This document shows, in pieces, positions 25,735 to 35,743 of a stretch of DNA of 35,892 nucleotides (its first letter is position 1; every line of letters begins with the position of its first letter). The position numbers were made by a program, and so were the translations under genes. The notes below the pieces were generated by a model. It was not told where the DNA came from and searched no databases. It saw nothing but the letters and a program-made list of their open reading frames with translations. The DNA comes from Sphingobacteriaceae bacterium (GTDB lineage: Bacteria; Bacteroidota; Bacteroidia; Sphingobacteriales; Sphingobacteriaceae). Location of the stretch: NCBI GenBank assembly GCA_947478315.1, contig CANJWF010000001.1, forward strand, positions 1 through 35,892, given 5' to 3'.

Positions 25735-25849
25735 TAAAAAACAAACTATTTTTATATGAAATGCCCATGAGTGGGTGCTCACCAACCGATGATGAATACG
25801 TTTGGGCATTCCATTAGTCCATTGAAAAACAAATTATATTCTAATGAAA
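25735..25849 (+). mobile_element. R150 modular repeat, intergenic copy 2 (short form), overlapping the lnt start codon
   Basis: AAAAAACAAACTATTTTTATATGAAATGCCCATGAGTGGGTGCTCACCAACCGATGATGAATACGTTTGGGCATTCCATTAGTCCATTGAAAAACAAATTATATTCTAATGAAAA. The final ATG is the lnt start. Confidence 0.7.
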
Positions 25850-27487
25850 AAATATTTATATCTATCGATTACCAGTGGAATATTGCTGTGGTTAGGATGG
25901 CCCCCTACACGTTTTACTACACCACTACTATTTATCGGATTTGTACCATTACTATCGGTAACAGAGCAATTAGCCCCTACTCAAAATACTAATAAAAAAA
26001 ATGGCATATATATATTCACATTCATTGGATTAAGTTTTTTACTGTGGAATATTGGAAGCATTTATTGGGTTTACTACGCCATACGAGTAGGCACTGGTAA
26101 TATTGGAGGTTTATTCGTTTCACTAATACCTTGGGGGCTGGGCACCCTACTCATGACTGTAAGTTTTTGGGGCTATTTTCAACTTAAAAAAAACTTAAAC
26201 AAATGGCTAGCGTACATAGGACTGTTATGTTTATGGACAAGCTACGAATACCTACATCAAACTTGGGACTTAGCTTTCCCCTGGATGACTCTAGGGAATG
26301 GATTAGCGGAATGGCCTCAATTAATACAATGGTATAGCTATACGGGAGTGTATGGAGGCACTATATGGATTTTGATTTGTAACATTTTATTATTTGAATG
26401 CTATACTAATATCCGAAAACATAACGTCAAACAACATAAATTTATAATCATTAGCAGCATACTATGTTTCCTCATACCCATATCCATATCGTTAACGATG
26501 TACTATAGTTATGAGGAAACGGAAAATCCTTGCCATGTGGTAGTCATTCAGCCTAATATAGACCCCTATCAAAAATACAATGGGTTAAGTATATCAGAAC
26601 AAGAGAAACGTCTAATAAAACTCAGCGATTCATTAGGTATATCCAACACCGAATTTTTTATTTGGCCAGAAACAGCCATTGCTGAATATGTCGATGAAGA
26701 AAATATTCGTCAATACCCCATCTATCAACAGTTAAAACAATTTATATCTCACTATAAAAATGGGAATATACTCAGTGGAATAGAAAGCTATAAAACTTAC
26801 GGTTTTGCAAAAACCCCTAGCGCAGATTTTATAGCTCAACATAACAGATATATAGACAATTTTAACGCCGCAACTTTAATTGACAACTCTGATAAAATTC
26901 AATTTTATCACAAATCAATTTTAGTACCAGGAGTCGAAAAATTTCCTTTTAAAAACAGTTTAACTCTATTTAAGCCCCTATTTGCAAAATTAGGTGGAGC
27001 TACGGGAAGCTATGGAAGCCAACTAGAACCTTCCGTTTTTTACAGCCAAAGTGGCATCGGAGTGGCGCCTATTATTTGTTACGAATCTATTTGGGGTAAC
27101 TATGTAGCTCAGTACATGCAAAAAGAGGCACAGTTCATTGCTATTATTACCAATGATGCTTGGTGGGGAAATACATCAGGAAAAGACCAGCACTTGGCAT
27201 ACGCACGTCTAAGAGCTATAGAAACACGAAGATGGGTTGCCCGTTCAGCAAATACTGGCATATCCGCATTCATTAATCAACGTGGCGATGTTGTTCAAAA
27301 AACCAACTGGTGGAAAATAGAAGGGTTACGTCAAACTATTAATTTAAATACCGAAAAAACTTTTTACGTTCAACATGGCGACTGGTTAATCATGCCACTC
27401 ATCTGCACAGAAATATGTTTAATAATCTGCTCATTTGCAATAGGTATTAAACGCAAGAAATTATCTTGCGTTATATCGAAAAAATAA
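25844..27487 (+). CDS. lnt: Apolipoprotein N-acyltransferase
   Basis: Multi-TM N-terminal half plus a CN-hydrolase domain with FFIWPE, ICYESIW (catalytic Cys) and ITNDAWWG. Confidence 0.85.
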   Translation: MKKYLYLSITSGILLWLGWPPTRFTTPLLFIGFVPLLSVTEQLAPTQNTNKKNGIYIFTFIGLSFLLWNIGSIYWVYYAIRVGTGNIGGLFVSLIPWGLGTLLMTVSFWGYFQLKKNLNKWLAYIGLLCLWTSYEYLHQTWDLAFPWMTLGNGLAEWPQLIQWYSYTGVYGGTIWILICNILLFECYTNIRKHNVKQHKFIIISSILCFLIPISISLTMYYSYEETENPCHVVVIQPNIDPYQKYNGLSISEQEKRLIKLSDSLGISNTEFFIWPETAIAEYVDEENIRQYPIYQQLKQFISHYKNGNILSGIESYKTYGFAKTPSADFIAQHNRYIDNFNAATLIDNSDKIQFYHKSILVPGVEKFPFKNSLTLFKPLFAKLGGATGSYGSQLEPSVFYSQSGIGVAPIICYESIWGNYVAQYMQKEAQFIAIITNDAWWGNTSGKDQHLAYARLRAIETRRWVARSANTGISAFINQRGDVVQKTNWWKIEGLRQTINLNTEKTFYVQHGDWLIMPLICTEICLIICSFAIGIKRKKLSCVISKK

Positions 27488-27495
27488 TACTTTTG
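27488..27495 (+). promoter_or_regulatory. Bacteroidota -7 box (TACTTTTG) for the riboswitch-nrdBA transcript
   Basis: Exact TAnnTTTG match immediately after the lnt stop and ~35 nt upstream of the riboswitch core. Confidence 0.35.
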
Positions 27496-27529
27496 TCGTA
27501 CAACGTGGTTGTGTATATATTTTTATACA

Positions 27530-27705
27530 GAGTATAACACATTAAAAGGGAATTCGGTGTAAATCCGAAGCTATCCCCGTAGCTGTAAGTTCATTATCTA
27601 TTTAGCATCCCTCGCCACTGTCCATATCATAGGACGGGAAGGCCGTTAAATAAAGAACAAGCCAGAAGACCTGCCAGTAACTAACACCAATTTCATTTAG
27701 CTTTC
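27530..27705 (+). promoter_or_regulatory. Cobalamin (B12) riboswitch
   Basis: AAAAGGGAATTCGGTGTAAATCCGAAGCTATCCCCGTAGCTGTAAG, GCCACTG, GGGAAGGCC and the B12 box AGCCAGAAGACCTGCC (27660-27675) follow the Cobalamin riboswitch consensus. Confidence 0.85.
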
Positions 27706-27929
27706 GGAGGAAAAGTATGTGAAATGTTCATTATCTATAAGCCTAAATTATATGTAAAGTTCTTCGTATAAATCTATCATAAGATTTTACGAGGACCTCG
27801 AACGCAAAAAATGAATTTTGACAAATCCATTATGATAAGATTTTGTCTAAAACATTCATAATCTGCCATTATTTCGGCATCACATAGACCACAAAATACT
27901 TATTAAAAATTCTATTTAAAACCAGTCAC

Positions 27930-28904
27930 ATGGCATCCTCTATTTTAACTCCACGATTAGCTTTTAAACCTTTTAAATACCAATGGGCCTATGAATATTG
28001 GTTTAAACAACAAAATGCACATTGGTTACATACCGAAATCAACATGCAAAAAGATCTTAAAGATTGGTTAGAGGAATTATCAAATGCCGAAAAAAATGTA
28101 ATCGGAAACATACTAAAAGGATTTGCCCAAACAGAAACACATGTAGAAGATTATTGGACGCAATACGTTACACATTGGTTTCCTATACCCGAAATTAAAA
28201 TGATGGCTACCGCTTTCGGCAACATGGAAACCATTCACGCAACGGCTTATTCCTATCTTAATGACACGTTAGGCTTAGATGATTTTCAGGCTTTTATGAG
28301 TGATACAGCCACCATGAATAAATTAGATGTACTTATCAACGTCAATAATAATGATTCGTCTATCGAACATATCGGACGCTCCATCGCATTATTTTCAGCA
28401 TGTGCAGAAGGCATACAATTGTTCAGTTCATTCGCGGTATTGCTTTCATTTAGGAAAAAAAATTTACTAACAGGAATAGGTCAACAAATGATATTCTCCA
28501 TTAGAGACGAAAGTTTACATAGCGAAGCAGGATGTAAGTTATTTCGAACACTTATCGAAGAAAATTCTGGCATTTTTACGGAATCATTCAAAAAAAGCAT
28601 TTACGAAGGCGTCGACTTAGCACTTCAACTAGAATTCAATTATATCGATAAAATATTTGAATTAGGCGATTTAGAAAGTATCACAAAATCACAACTCAAA
28701 ACATTTATGCATGATCGAGCAAATCGCAAACTACAAGAATTACTATTGTCGCCCGCATATACTGTAGATAATGCCCTCATACAAGAAATGGAATGGTTTT
28801 ATCTAATGGTTTCAGGAGAACAACAAACCGATTTTTTCGCCAATCGAGAAACAGGATATGCTAAACCTAATGACGATTGGAATAATATAGAAGACCTATT
28901 TTGA
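27930..28904 (+). CDS. nrdB: Class I ribonucleotide reductase small (beta) subunit
   Basis: Ferritin-like di-metal motifs METIHATAYSY (ExxH plus Tyr at +7) and IRDESLHSE (ExxH); 324 aa. Confidence 0.9.
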   Translation: MASSILTPRLAFKPFKYQWAYEYWFKQQNAHWLHTEINMQKDLKDWLEELSNAEKNVIGNILKGFAQTETHVEDYWTQYVTHWFPIPEIKMMATAFGNMETIHATAYSYLNDTLGLDDFQAFMSDTATMNKLDVLINVNNNDSSIEHIGRSIALFSACAEGIQLFSSFAVLLSFRKKNLLTGIGQQMIFSIRDESLHSEAGCKLFRTLIEENSGIFTESFKKSIYEGVDLALQLEFNYIDKIFELGDLESITKSQLKTFMHDRANRKLQELLLSPAYTVDNALIQEMEWFYLMVSGEQQTDFFANRETGYAKPNDDWNNIEDLF

Positions 28905-28953
28905 AAACACGGAAAATTTCAATCACCTACATCATTTCACAAACTACATAAAA

Positions 28954-30681
28954 ATGGAAACACACGTATTAGCGAAAAAAAAAGGTTGGAAATCTGGAAT
29001 TGACTTTCCAGAATGGGGTAACAATGCCCTCTATCTAACTACTATACAAGGAGGCTATCTACAAACCCATGAAACACCTAAAGACGCTTATAATCGTTTA
29101 GCGACAACAGCTGCCCACCACCTCCAAGATGCAACTTTAGCCAAGGCATTTTTTAACATATTTTGGAATGGATGGCTCATCCCAGCAACACCCGTTATGT
29201 CTAATATGGGAACAGAAAGAGGATTACCCATTTCATGTTTTGCAGGATTAATCGGAGACGATATGTATGAAATTTATCGCAAAAATTTAGAAATGGCCAT
29301 GTTATCAAAACATGGAGGAGGTACAGCCTATGATTTTTCTGCAATTCGACCAATTGGTTCAGCCATAAAGGCAGGACTCAATGGTAGCTCAGATGGAGTT
29401 ATACCCTTTATAAAATCCTTCGATTCAACCATCCTTGCGGCAAAACAAGGTTCCATGAGAAGAGGAGCCGTAGCCATTTATCTTAATGCAGAACACGAAG
29501 AATACCGTTCTTTTTTAGAAATAAGAGAACCCAAAGGAGATATCAATAGGCAAGCACATAATGTACATCAAGGTAGTATTTTTTCCGATAATTTCATGGA
29601 ACAAGTAGTCTCAAAACATGGAAAAGAACGTGAATTATGGTTAGAAACCATCAAAAAAAGAGTTAAAACAGGCGAACCTTACTGCTTTTTTATCGATAAC
29701 GCTAACAAGCAGTTACCTGATTTTTTTCAGAAAAATAATCTACGAGTAAAACATTCCAACTTATGTTCCGAAATTATGCTACCAACAGATGACAAACATA
29801 CTTTAGTTTGTTGCCTATCTTCCCTTAATCTACTCAAATGGGATGAATGGAAAGATACTAACACTGTACAATTGAGTATTTTATTTTTGGATGCCGTCAT
29901 CACCGAATTTCTAAATCGGTCAACAACAATTATGGGTATTGAAGATGCGCATAAATTCGCCACAAAATCACGTGCATTAGGCTTAGGTGCATTAGGATGG
30001 CACTCTCTATTACAAAGCAAACTCATTCCATTTATTAGTCTAGAATCTAATGCATTAACCCGAATCATATTCGGACACATTCAACAAGAAGCAGAAAAGG
30101 CCACGCTATATCTAGCACAAAAATTTGGAGAGTCTGAATGGTGTAAAAATACTGGCAGAAGAAACTTAACCTGTTTGGCAATAGCACCTAATAGAAGCAG
30201 TTCAAAATTAGCAGGAGGATTATCTCAAGGGGTAGAACCTATAGCTGCTAACGTATATATGGACGACGATGCCAAAGGGATACACATTCGAAGAAACACA
30301 TTTTTAGAAAATTTCTTAGAAAAAAAGGGACTAAATACACCTCAAGTTTGGGATCAGATTGCAGATGATAAAGGTAGTGTATTGCACCTAAAAGGTTTAA
30401 GTAAAGAGGAAAAAGATATTTTTCTTACATTCAAAGAAATCAATCAATTAGAATTAGTAAAGCAAGCTGCAATCAGACAAACTTATTTAGACCAAGGACA
30501 ATCTATTAACCTCGCATTTTATCAAGATGCCCCCGCAAGATTCATTAATCAAGTTCATCTAGAAGCGTGGCATTCAGGTTTAAAATCTTTATACTACCTA
30601 CGTTCAGAATCCATACTACGAGCAGATACCAAAATCATTCAGAGAGATTTATACTCAGAATGCCTATTGTGTGAAGGATGA
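28954..30681 (+). CDS. nrdA: Class I ribonucleotide reductase large (alpha) subunit, short form without an ATP-cone
   Basis: PISCFAG, the active-site NLCSEI, and the C-terminal redox cysteines CLLC. 575 aa, with no N-terminal ATP-cone sequence. Confidence 0.85.
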   Translation: METHVLAKKKGWKSGIDFPEWGNNALYLTTIQGGYLQTHETPKDAYNRLATTAAHHLQDATLAKAFFNIFWNGWLIPATPVMSNMGTERGLPISCFAGLIGDDMYEIYRKNLEMAMLSKHGGGTAYDFSAIRPIGSAIKAGLNGSSDGVIPFIKSFDSTILAAKQGSMRRGAVAIYLNAEHEEYRSFLEIREPKGDINRQAHNVHQGSIFSDNFMEQVVSKHGKERELWLETIKKRVKTGEPYCFFIDNANKQLPDFFQKNNLRVKHSNLCSEIMLPTDDKHTLVCCLSSLNLLKWDEWKDTNTVQLSILFLDAVITEFLNRSTTIMGIEDAHKFATKSRALGLGALGWHSLLQSKLIPFISLESNALTRIIFGHIQQEAEKATLYLAQKFGESEWCKNTGRRNLTCLAIAPNRSSSKLAGGLSQGVEPIAANVYMDDDAKGIHIRRNTFLENFLEKKGLNTPQVWDQIADDKGSVLHLKGLSKEEKDIFLTFKEINQLELVKQAAIRQTYLDQGQSINLAFYQDAPARFINQVHLEAWHSGLKSLYYLRSESILRADTKIIQRDLYSECLLCEG

Positions 30682-30683
30682 AA

Positions 30684-30725
30684 GCAACAATAGCATCTAT
30701 TTCAATAAATAGATGCTATTGTTGC
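30684..30725. terminator. Bidirectional terminator hairpin (19-bp perfect stem, 4-nt loop)
   Basis: GCAACAATAGCATCTATTT (30684-30702) pairs with AAATAGATGCTATTGTTGC (30707-30725), between convergent nrdA and pyrD. Confidence 0.65.
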
Positions 30726-30727
30726 CC

Positions 30728-31759
30728 CTAACACGATGTATTTAAAATTTTCTTATTAATTCTTTTAACCAAACTCGGACCTTCGTAAATAAAACCAGTA
30801 TAAACTTGTACTAAACTAGCCCCACTCTTCAACTTTTCAAGAGCATCATTTTCATGATGAATACCTCCAACAGCAATAATAGGAAACTTCCCTTGCGAAC
30901 GTTTCGATAAATAACAAACAATTTCAGTCGAACGTTGAAAAAGGGGCTTCCCACTTAACCCGCCCTGTTGTTCAATAATAGTTATCTTAGATTTTAAATT
31001 CTTTCTAGCAACAGTTGTATTAGTGGCTATAACACCAGATAAATTTGTTTCTAAAACAATATCAACAATATCATCTAATTGAGCATCGGTTAAATCCGGC
31101 GCGATTTTTAAAAAAATAGGTTTTACACGCGATTTTTCAGCACTACGTTGCTGTAATCCATTTAAAATTCGTTTTAATGGTTCTTTTTCTTGTAATTCTC
31201 GCAGATTAGGAGTATTAGGAGAACTCACATTAACAACAAAATAGTCGACAACATCATATAATACATCCAAACATTTAACATAATCATCCAATGCGCGTTC
31301 ATTAGGCGTAGTTTTATTTTTACCGATATTACCTCCTATAATGATTCCATCTCGCTTAATAGATTTTAAGCGAGCCGCAACAACATCAACACCCAAATTA
31401 TTAAACCCCATTCTATTAATCAAAGCCTCATCCTCTTCCAAGCGAAACATTCTTGGAGAATCATTCCCCGGTTGCGGCAAAGGTGTCACCGTTCCAATTT
31501 CAACAAATCCAAAACCACAACAACTCATCTCTTCAATAAATTCGGCATTTTTATCAAATCCTGCCGCAAGACCAACGGGATTTTTAAATTTAATCCCACA
31601 AATTTCTCGCTCCAACAATTGATTATTAACATTTAAAAAATATTTGAACAAATTTTTAACTCCCCATATACCAAATACGCGTTTTAAACTCTTGGTTACG
31701 AAATTGTGTGCCGTTTCTGGTTCAAGAAAAAAAAGAAAAATTCTAATAATTCGATACAT
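30728..31759 (-). CDS. pyrD: Dihydroorotate dehydrogenase (quinone), class 2
   Basis: [27 protein letters not shown], and GGI..G near the C-terminus. The N-terminal membrane-association helix is typical of class 2. Confidence 0.9.
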   Translation of the reverse strand: MYRIIRIFLFFLEPETAHNFVTKSLKRVFGIWGVKNLFKYFLNVNNQLLEREICGIKFKNPVGLAAGFDKNAEFIEEMSCCGFGFVEIGTVTPLPQPGNDSPRMFRLEEDEALINRMGFNNLGVDVVAARLKSIKRDGIIIGGNIGKNKTTPNERALDDYVKCLDVLYDVVDYFVVNVSSPNTPNLRELQEKEPLKRILNGLQQRSAEKSRVKPIFLKIAPDLTDAQLDDIVDIVLETNLSGVIATNTTVARKNLKSKITIIEQQGGLSGKPLFQRSTEIVCYLSKRSQGKFPIIAVGGIHHENDALEKLKSGASLVQVYTGFIYEGPSLVKRINKKILNTSC

Positions 31760-31819
31760 AATTCTTACGTAAATAAATTGAAAAAGGCAATACTATTAGG
31801 TACTGCCTTGGGTTCTATA

Positions 31820-34417
31820 TTAATTTCCTGTTGGACTTTGCTTCTGTTTATCAATCTGCTCTTGATGTTCCCTTTGTTCCCTTTTCAAAGCTTCCAGCTG
31901 CTCTGGCGACACTTGCTGTTGTGCTTTTTTCAATGCCTCTAACAATTGAGGTGGAATATCTTGCTGACCTCCTGTTTTTCCCAAATTATTCAAATTAAAC
32001 ATCGGAGATTTACCTTTTTTTCCCAAATTACTTAAACACATTTGATACATCACATTCAAGTTAACCTTATCCTTAATATGTTGTTTCACAAAATCAAAAT
32101 CCGCAAGTGCCTTTTCATATTGCTGAGTATAAAAATAGCTATATCCTCTAAATTCACGTGCTCTTAAAACACTTTCCAAACTAGATTCATCAGACAAAAA
32201 TTGAGTAAAATGATTAATTGCGGCAGAATAATCTTTTTTATTATAAGACATAGCAGCCAAATTGAAAGAATTTTGGTTTTTGGGTGTAATACGACGATTA
32301 TTAACACTTTGCTTTAGTTGAAGTAAAGACGAATCTTGCCCAGTGTTTTTAATAGCAGAATCAATCATTAATGTTGCAGATTTTTTATCTCCACTCCGTT
32401 CGTATAAAGATGCCGCATTTAACCACGCCTGTTTATCACTAGGCATCTTTGTTAGATAATTTCTTACCACCTTAAGTGCAGCAGGAAAATCATTTTTCAT
32501 CACCAACAAATCACTCATTAAACCAATACTACCCCAAAACAATGGTTTCACTTTCGCCGATTTTTTAGCATAGTATAAGGCACTATCGAGATTATTCAAT
32601 TTAAAATGACAAAAAGCAGAAAGATACTCTACACGACCATCCCATGGGCTAGAAGCATCTCCATTAAGTACATTGAGTGCTTTTCGATAATTATTTTCGG
32701 TCACATAATAACGTCCCTTGACAACAGCCATCGGCTCTTCAACTACTGTCATATCAGGAATTTTAGGAATACGCCTTTCTAATTCCTCTCCAGTCAATTT
32801 AGGTTTGGGTTGTGCTGAGTCTTGAGCAATAATCCACTGAATTTTAGAAGATTGATAATTAATCCATAAAATCCAAGTACCCAAAACTAAAATACAACTT
32901 ATGACATAAATAAGAGGCTTACTATACCGATGAAGTTTCGTATTGACAAAATCATTCGGTTGTTTAACAATAAATAAATTAGAAGAATAAACTATACTAA
33001 TAGCAACGAAAGACCCTAATATAATTTGCATAGCAGGTCTATCTGCGGGAAAATTGAAAAATGCATCCACTGAATAAGCGGCAGCACCAAATAATCCAAG
33101 AAATAACGCTGAATTATTAAACTGTAAATCAGCGTCTTCTTCATCACCCTCACTTTTATGATTTCTGAAGAAATTAACCCCAATCAGTACAAAAATGCCC
33201 ACAAATGCTAAACCTCCAAACACCCCTAACTCAGTAAATGTTTCAACAAAGTCATTATGGGCTTTATACATGTAAGTAAACGAACCATTGGTTTCATTTT
33301 CATATTTTAACACTTTAACCTTCCAGTTACCTATCCCTGCCCCTAACATAGGTCCATCCTTAAATAATCGCCATGAATTTTTCCAAGAAGTTAGGCGAAG
33401 ATTGATAGAGCCATCATTAGAAAGATTTTTAACATCAATAGAAGCAAGACGATCGGCGACATTAACATTAAATTTATCATCATTTTTAGGATATAAATAG
33501 TTCTTAGTCATCGTAAAAACAAACAACGACAACGCAATGGACACAGCCAATGGAATCACATATGACCAGTAATTTTTCCAATTTCTTCGCGTACTTCTTA
33601 TTTGAACATAAAGTAGATAACCAGCTAAAATGACAAACAAAAAAAAGATACCTAGGTAAGACGCCCGAGCACTTAAAAACCAAATACTCAAAAAAGCTCC
33701 AAAACTAGCAGCAAGTCCAATTTTTTTCCAAAAAGATTTATCTCTTAAATAAAGCCACAAGGCAAAAGGAATTTTGACTAAAATAGCTGACGAAAAAATA
33801 TTTTTGTTGGAATAATTAGACTTTATCTGATCGATTCCAGTAATTTTCATGCTGATGTATTTATTCACTTCATTTAACAAAACAAACACATCATACAATA
33901 ACACCAATGTCATCGCCTGAGCCAAATGACTTAAATAACGCTTATCTAAAGAAATAAGCATACTCAATATAATTGCAGTTGTGAAAGTCGTAAAGTATTT
34001 CGAGCACGTTATAACTGCCTCGCCAAAATTCACAATTTTGGCTAACGATAAGAACATAAAGAAAATGTAAACAGCGTAAGACAGCCCCACTGGATTTTTA
34101 AAAAACACCCATCTAAAGTATTGATTATTCTTAAAAGTATCAGTAGTAAACATGTACGAATAAATAACCAAATTAAATGCAGACAAGATTAAAAAATGAG
34201 TTGCATTAGTATCCCAAGCACCTAAATGGGGAATAAAAGCGAACCAAGCATAAGCCCAAACGAGTATAACGTAAAATATATTAAGAGAATTTTTTTTATC
34301 ACCCGACGAAGTATTTTTTTTATAAGTTGTAGTTTTCTTTGCTTGAATATCGGATTTAGCAACAGTCGCTTTCGCATTAGGGTATAGGGGTTGATTAAAT
34401 CTACTTTTAGCAGCCAT
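31820..34417 (-). CDS. Polytopic membrane protein, O-antigen ligase (Wzy_C)-like, with a C-terminal TPR region
   Basis: At least 10 predicted TM helices followed by TPR-like repeats (YYKALNVL, YYAKKSAKVKP and others) and a Q/E-rich tail. The family call is by architecture only. Confidence 0.5.
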   Translation of the reverse strand: MAAKSRFNQPLYPNAKATVAKSDIQAKKTTTYKKNTSSGDKKNSLNIFYVILVWAYAWFAFIPHLGAWDTNATHFLILSAFNLVIYSYMFTTDTFKNNQYFRWVFFKNPVGLSYAVYIFFMFLSLAKIVNFGEAVITCSKYFTTFTTAIILSMLISLDKRYLSHLAQAMTLVLLYDVFVLLNEVNKYISMKITGIDQIKSNYSNKNIFSSAILVKIPFALWLYLRDKSFWKKIGLAASFGAFLSIWFLSARASYLGIFFLFVILAGYLLYVQIRSTRRNWKNYWSYVIPLAVSIALSLFVFTMTKNYLYPKNDDKFNVNVADRLASIDVKNLSNDGSINLRLTSWKNSWRLFKDGPMLGAGIGNWKVKVLKYENETNGSFTYMYKAHNDFVETFTELGVFGGLAFVGIFVLIGVNFFRNHKSEGDEEDADLQFNNSALFLGLFGAAAYSVDAFFNFPADRPAMQIILGSFVAISIVYSSNLFIVKQPNDFVNTKLHRYSKPLIYVISCILVLGTWILWINYQSSKIQWIIAQDSAQPKPKLTGEELERRIPKIPDMTVVEEPMAVVKGRYYVTENNYRKALNVLNGDASSPWDGRVEYLSAFCHFKLNNLDSALYYAKKSAKVKPLFWGSIGLMSDLLVMKNDFPAALKVVRNYLTKMPSDKQAWLNAASLYERSGDKKSATLMIDSAIKNTGQDSSLLQLKQSVNNRRITPKNQNSFNLAAMSYNKKDYSAAINHFTQFLSDESSLESVLRAREFRGYSYFYTQQYEKALADFDFVKQHIKDKVNLNVMYQMCLSNLGKKGKSPMFNLNNLGKTGGQQDIPPQLLEALKKAQQQVSPEQLEALKREQREHQEQIDKQKQSPTGN

Positions 34418-34450
34418 AGGTTAAATGTTTACAGTTTATCTCAAATTATT

Positions 34451-35743
34451 TCAGCTATTCATCAATTCTTCAATATGATCCGCCTCTATAGGGACATTAT
34501 CTGTCAAATCGACATTTCCAAATTCGGTCAGCAAAATATCATTTTCTAATCTAATACCCAAATTTTCATTTGGAATATATATTCCAGGCTCACAAGTTAG
34601 TACATTCCCCACTTGCAAAGGAGAGTACCTATCTCCAATATCATGAACATCTAAACCTAAAAAATGCGAAACCCCATGCATAAAATAACGCCTATATAAA
34701 GGGTTGGAAGCATCTTGTTTTTCTACATCGTGTCTATCAATAAGACCTAAATCTATTAATTCACTTTGCATAATTAATCCAATATCCTTATTATAATCAT
34801 CTAATAAAACCCCTGGCTTAAGCATTAATTTGGCCTGCCTTAAAACTCTCAATACGGCGTTATATACTTTTCTCTGTCTTTGAGAGAAACGCCCTCCAAT
34901 AGGAATAGTACGTGTCAAATCCGCATTATAATTATAATATTCAGCACCAAAGTCTAATAACAATATCTCGCCATCAACACATAGTTTGTTATTTTTCGTG
35001 TAATGCAAAGTACAAGAAGCTATACCAGAAGCTATAATAGGCAAATAAGCATGCCCAGCAGCTCTATTAGAAATAAATTCGTGAATAATTTCAGCTTCAA
35101 TTTGATACTCGTAAACATTAGGTTTAACAAATTTCAAAATACGCTCGAAAGCTTTTTGAGTAATGTTGCAGGCTTTTGTAATCAATTCTATTTCTTGAAT
35201 TGATTTTATGGCCCTTAAATTCCTCATAATCGGAGCTAAACGTTTATAGTGATGTAAAGGAAATTTAGCCTTTATTAGCTCCATGAACCTAAAGTCGGCG
35301 TAAGCCACCGTGCTGGAATATCGTTCATGTTCATTCGTATTTAAATAAATTATTTCAGAATGACACACGATGTGAGGCAAAAAACTCCAAAATTCATCTG
35401 ACCAAAAAACTGTATCGATTCCAGAAAGATTACTTGCATCCTCCTTACTCAGAGATTTACCATCCCAAATAGTCTCATCTTCATCAGATCGTTTAATAAA
35501 TAAAATTTGCTGGTACTTTTCATAGTGTGAATTAGGGAACAATAACAGATACGTTTCCTCTTGATTAATTCCCGTTAAATAAAACAAATCTGGATTTTGT
35601 TTAAACGCAAAAGATTGATCTCCGCTTTTTGGAAAAACATCATTAGAACACAATAAAACAACAGAATTAGGCGATAATTGCTCGATTAACCTCAACCTAT
35701 TTAAGACAAATAAACTTGAATCTACAGAAATATTCTCTAGCAT
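34451..35743 (-). CDS. pepP: Xaa-Pro aminopeptidase (M24B)
   Basis: Creatinase-like N-domain plus an M24 domain with LLDFGAEY..YNADLTRT, HGVSHFLGLDVHD and CEPGIY metal-ligand motifs. Confidence 0.85.
   Translation of the reverse strand: MLENISVDSSLFVLNRLRLIEQLSPNSVVLLCSNDVFPKSGDQSFAFKQNPDLFYLTGINQEETYLLLFPNSHYEKYQQILFIKRSDEDETIWDGKSLSKEDASNLSGIDTVFWSDEFWSFLPHIVCHSEIIYLNTNEHERYSSTVAYADFRFMELIKAKFPLHHYKRLAPIMRNLRAIKSIQEIELITKACNITQKAFERILKFVKPNVYEYQIEAEIIHEFISNRAAGHAYLPIIASGIASCTLHYTKNNKLCVDGEILLLDFGAEYYNYNADLTRTIPIGGRFSQRQRKVYNAVLRVLRQAKLMLKPGVLLDDYNKDIGLIMQSELIDLGLIDRHDVEKQDASNPLYRRYFMHGVSHFLGLDVHDIGDRYSPLQVGNVLTCEPGIYIPNENLGIRLENDILLTEFGNVDLTDNVPIEADHIEELMNS

Noticed and set aside
12335-25849. 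Possibility that the recurring repeats form a CRISPR array
   Set aside because: The copies are dispersed over kilobases, occur in both orientations, vary in length, and have no regular repeat-spacer periodicity. No cas genes are present.
25410-25992. ORFs 25410-25697 (-), 25544-25768 (-) and 25771-25992 (+) between lpxH and lnt
   Set aside because: These are read-throughs of the two R150 repeat copies, and the last overlaps lnt out of frame. Their similarity to other 'proteins' in the window is repeat DNA being translated, not gene families.
31706-31942. 78-aa plus-strand ORF spanning the pyrD / O-antigen-ligase-like intergenic region
   Set aside because: It overlaps the ends of two well-supported minus-strand genes and has low-complexity sequence.
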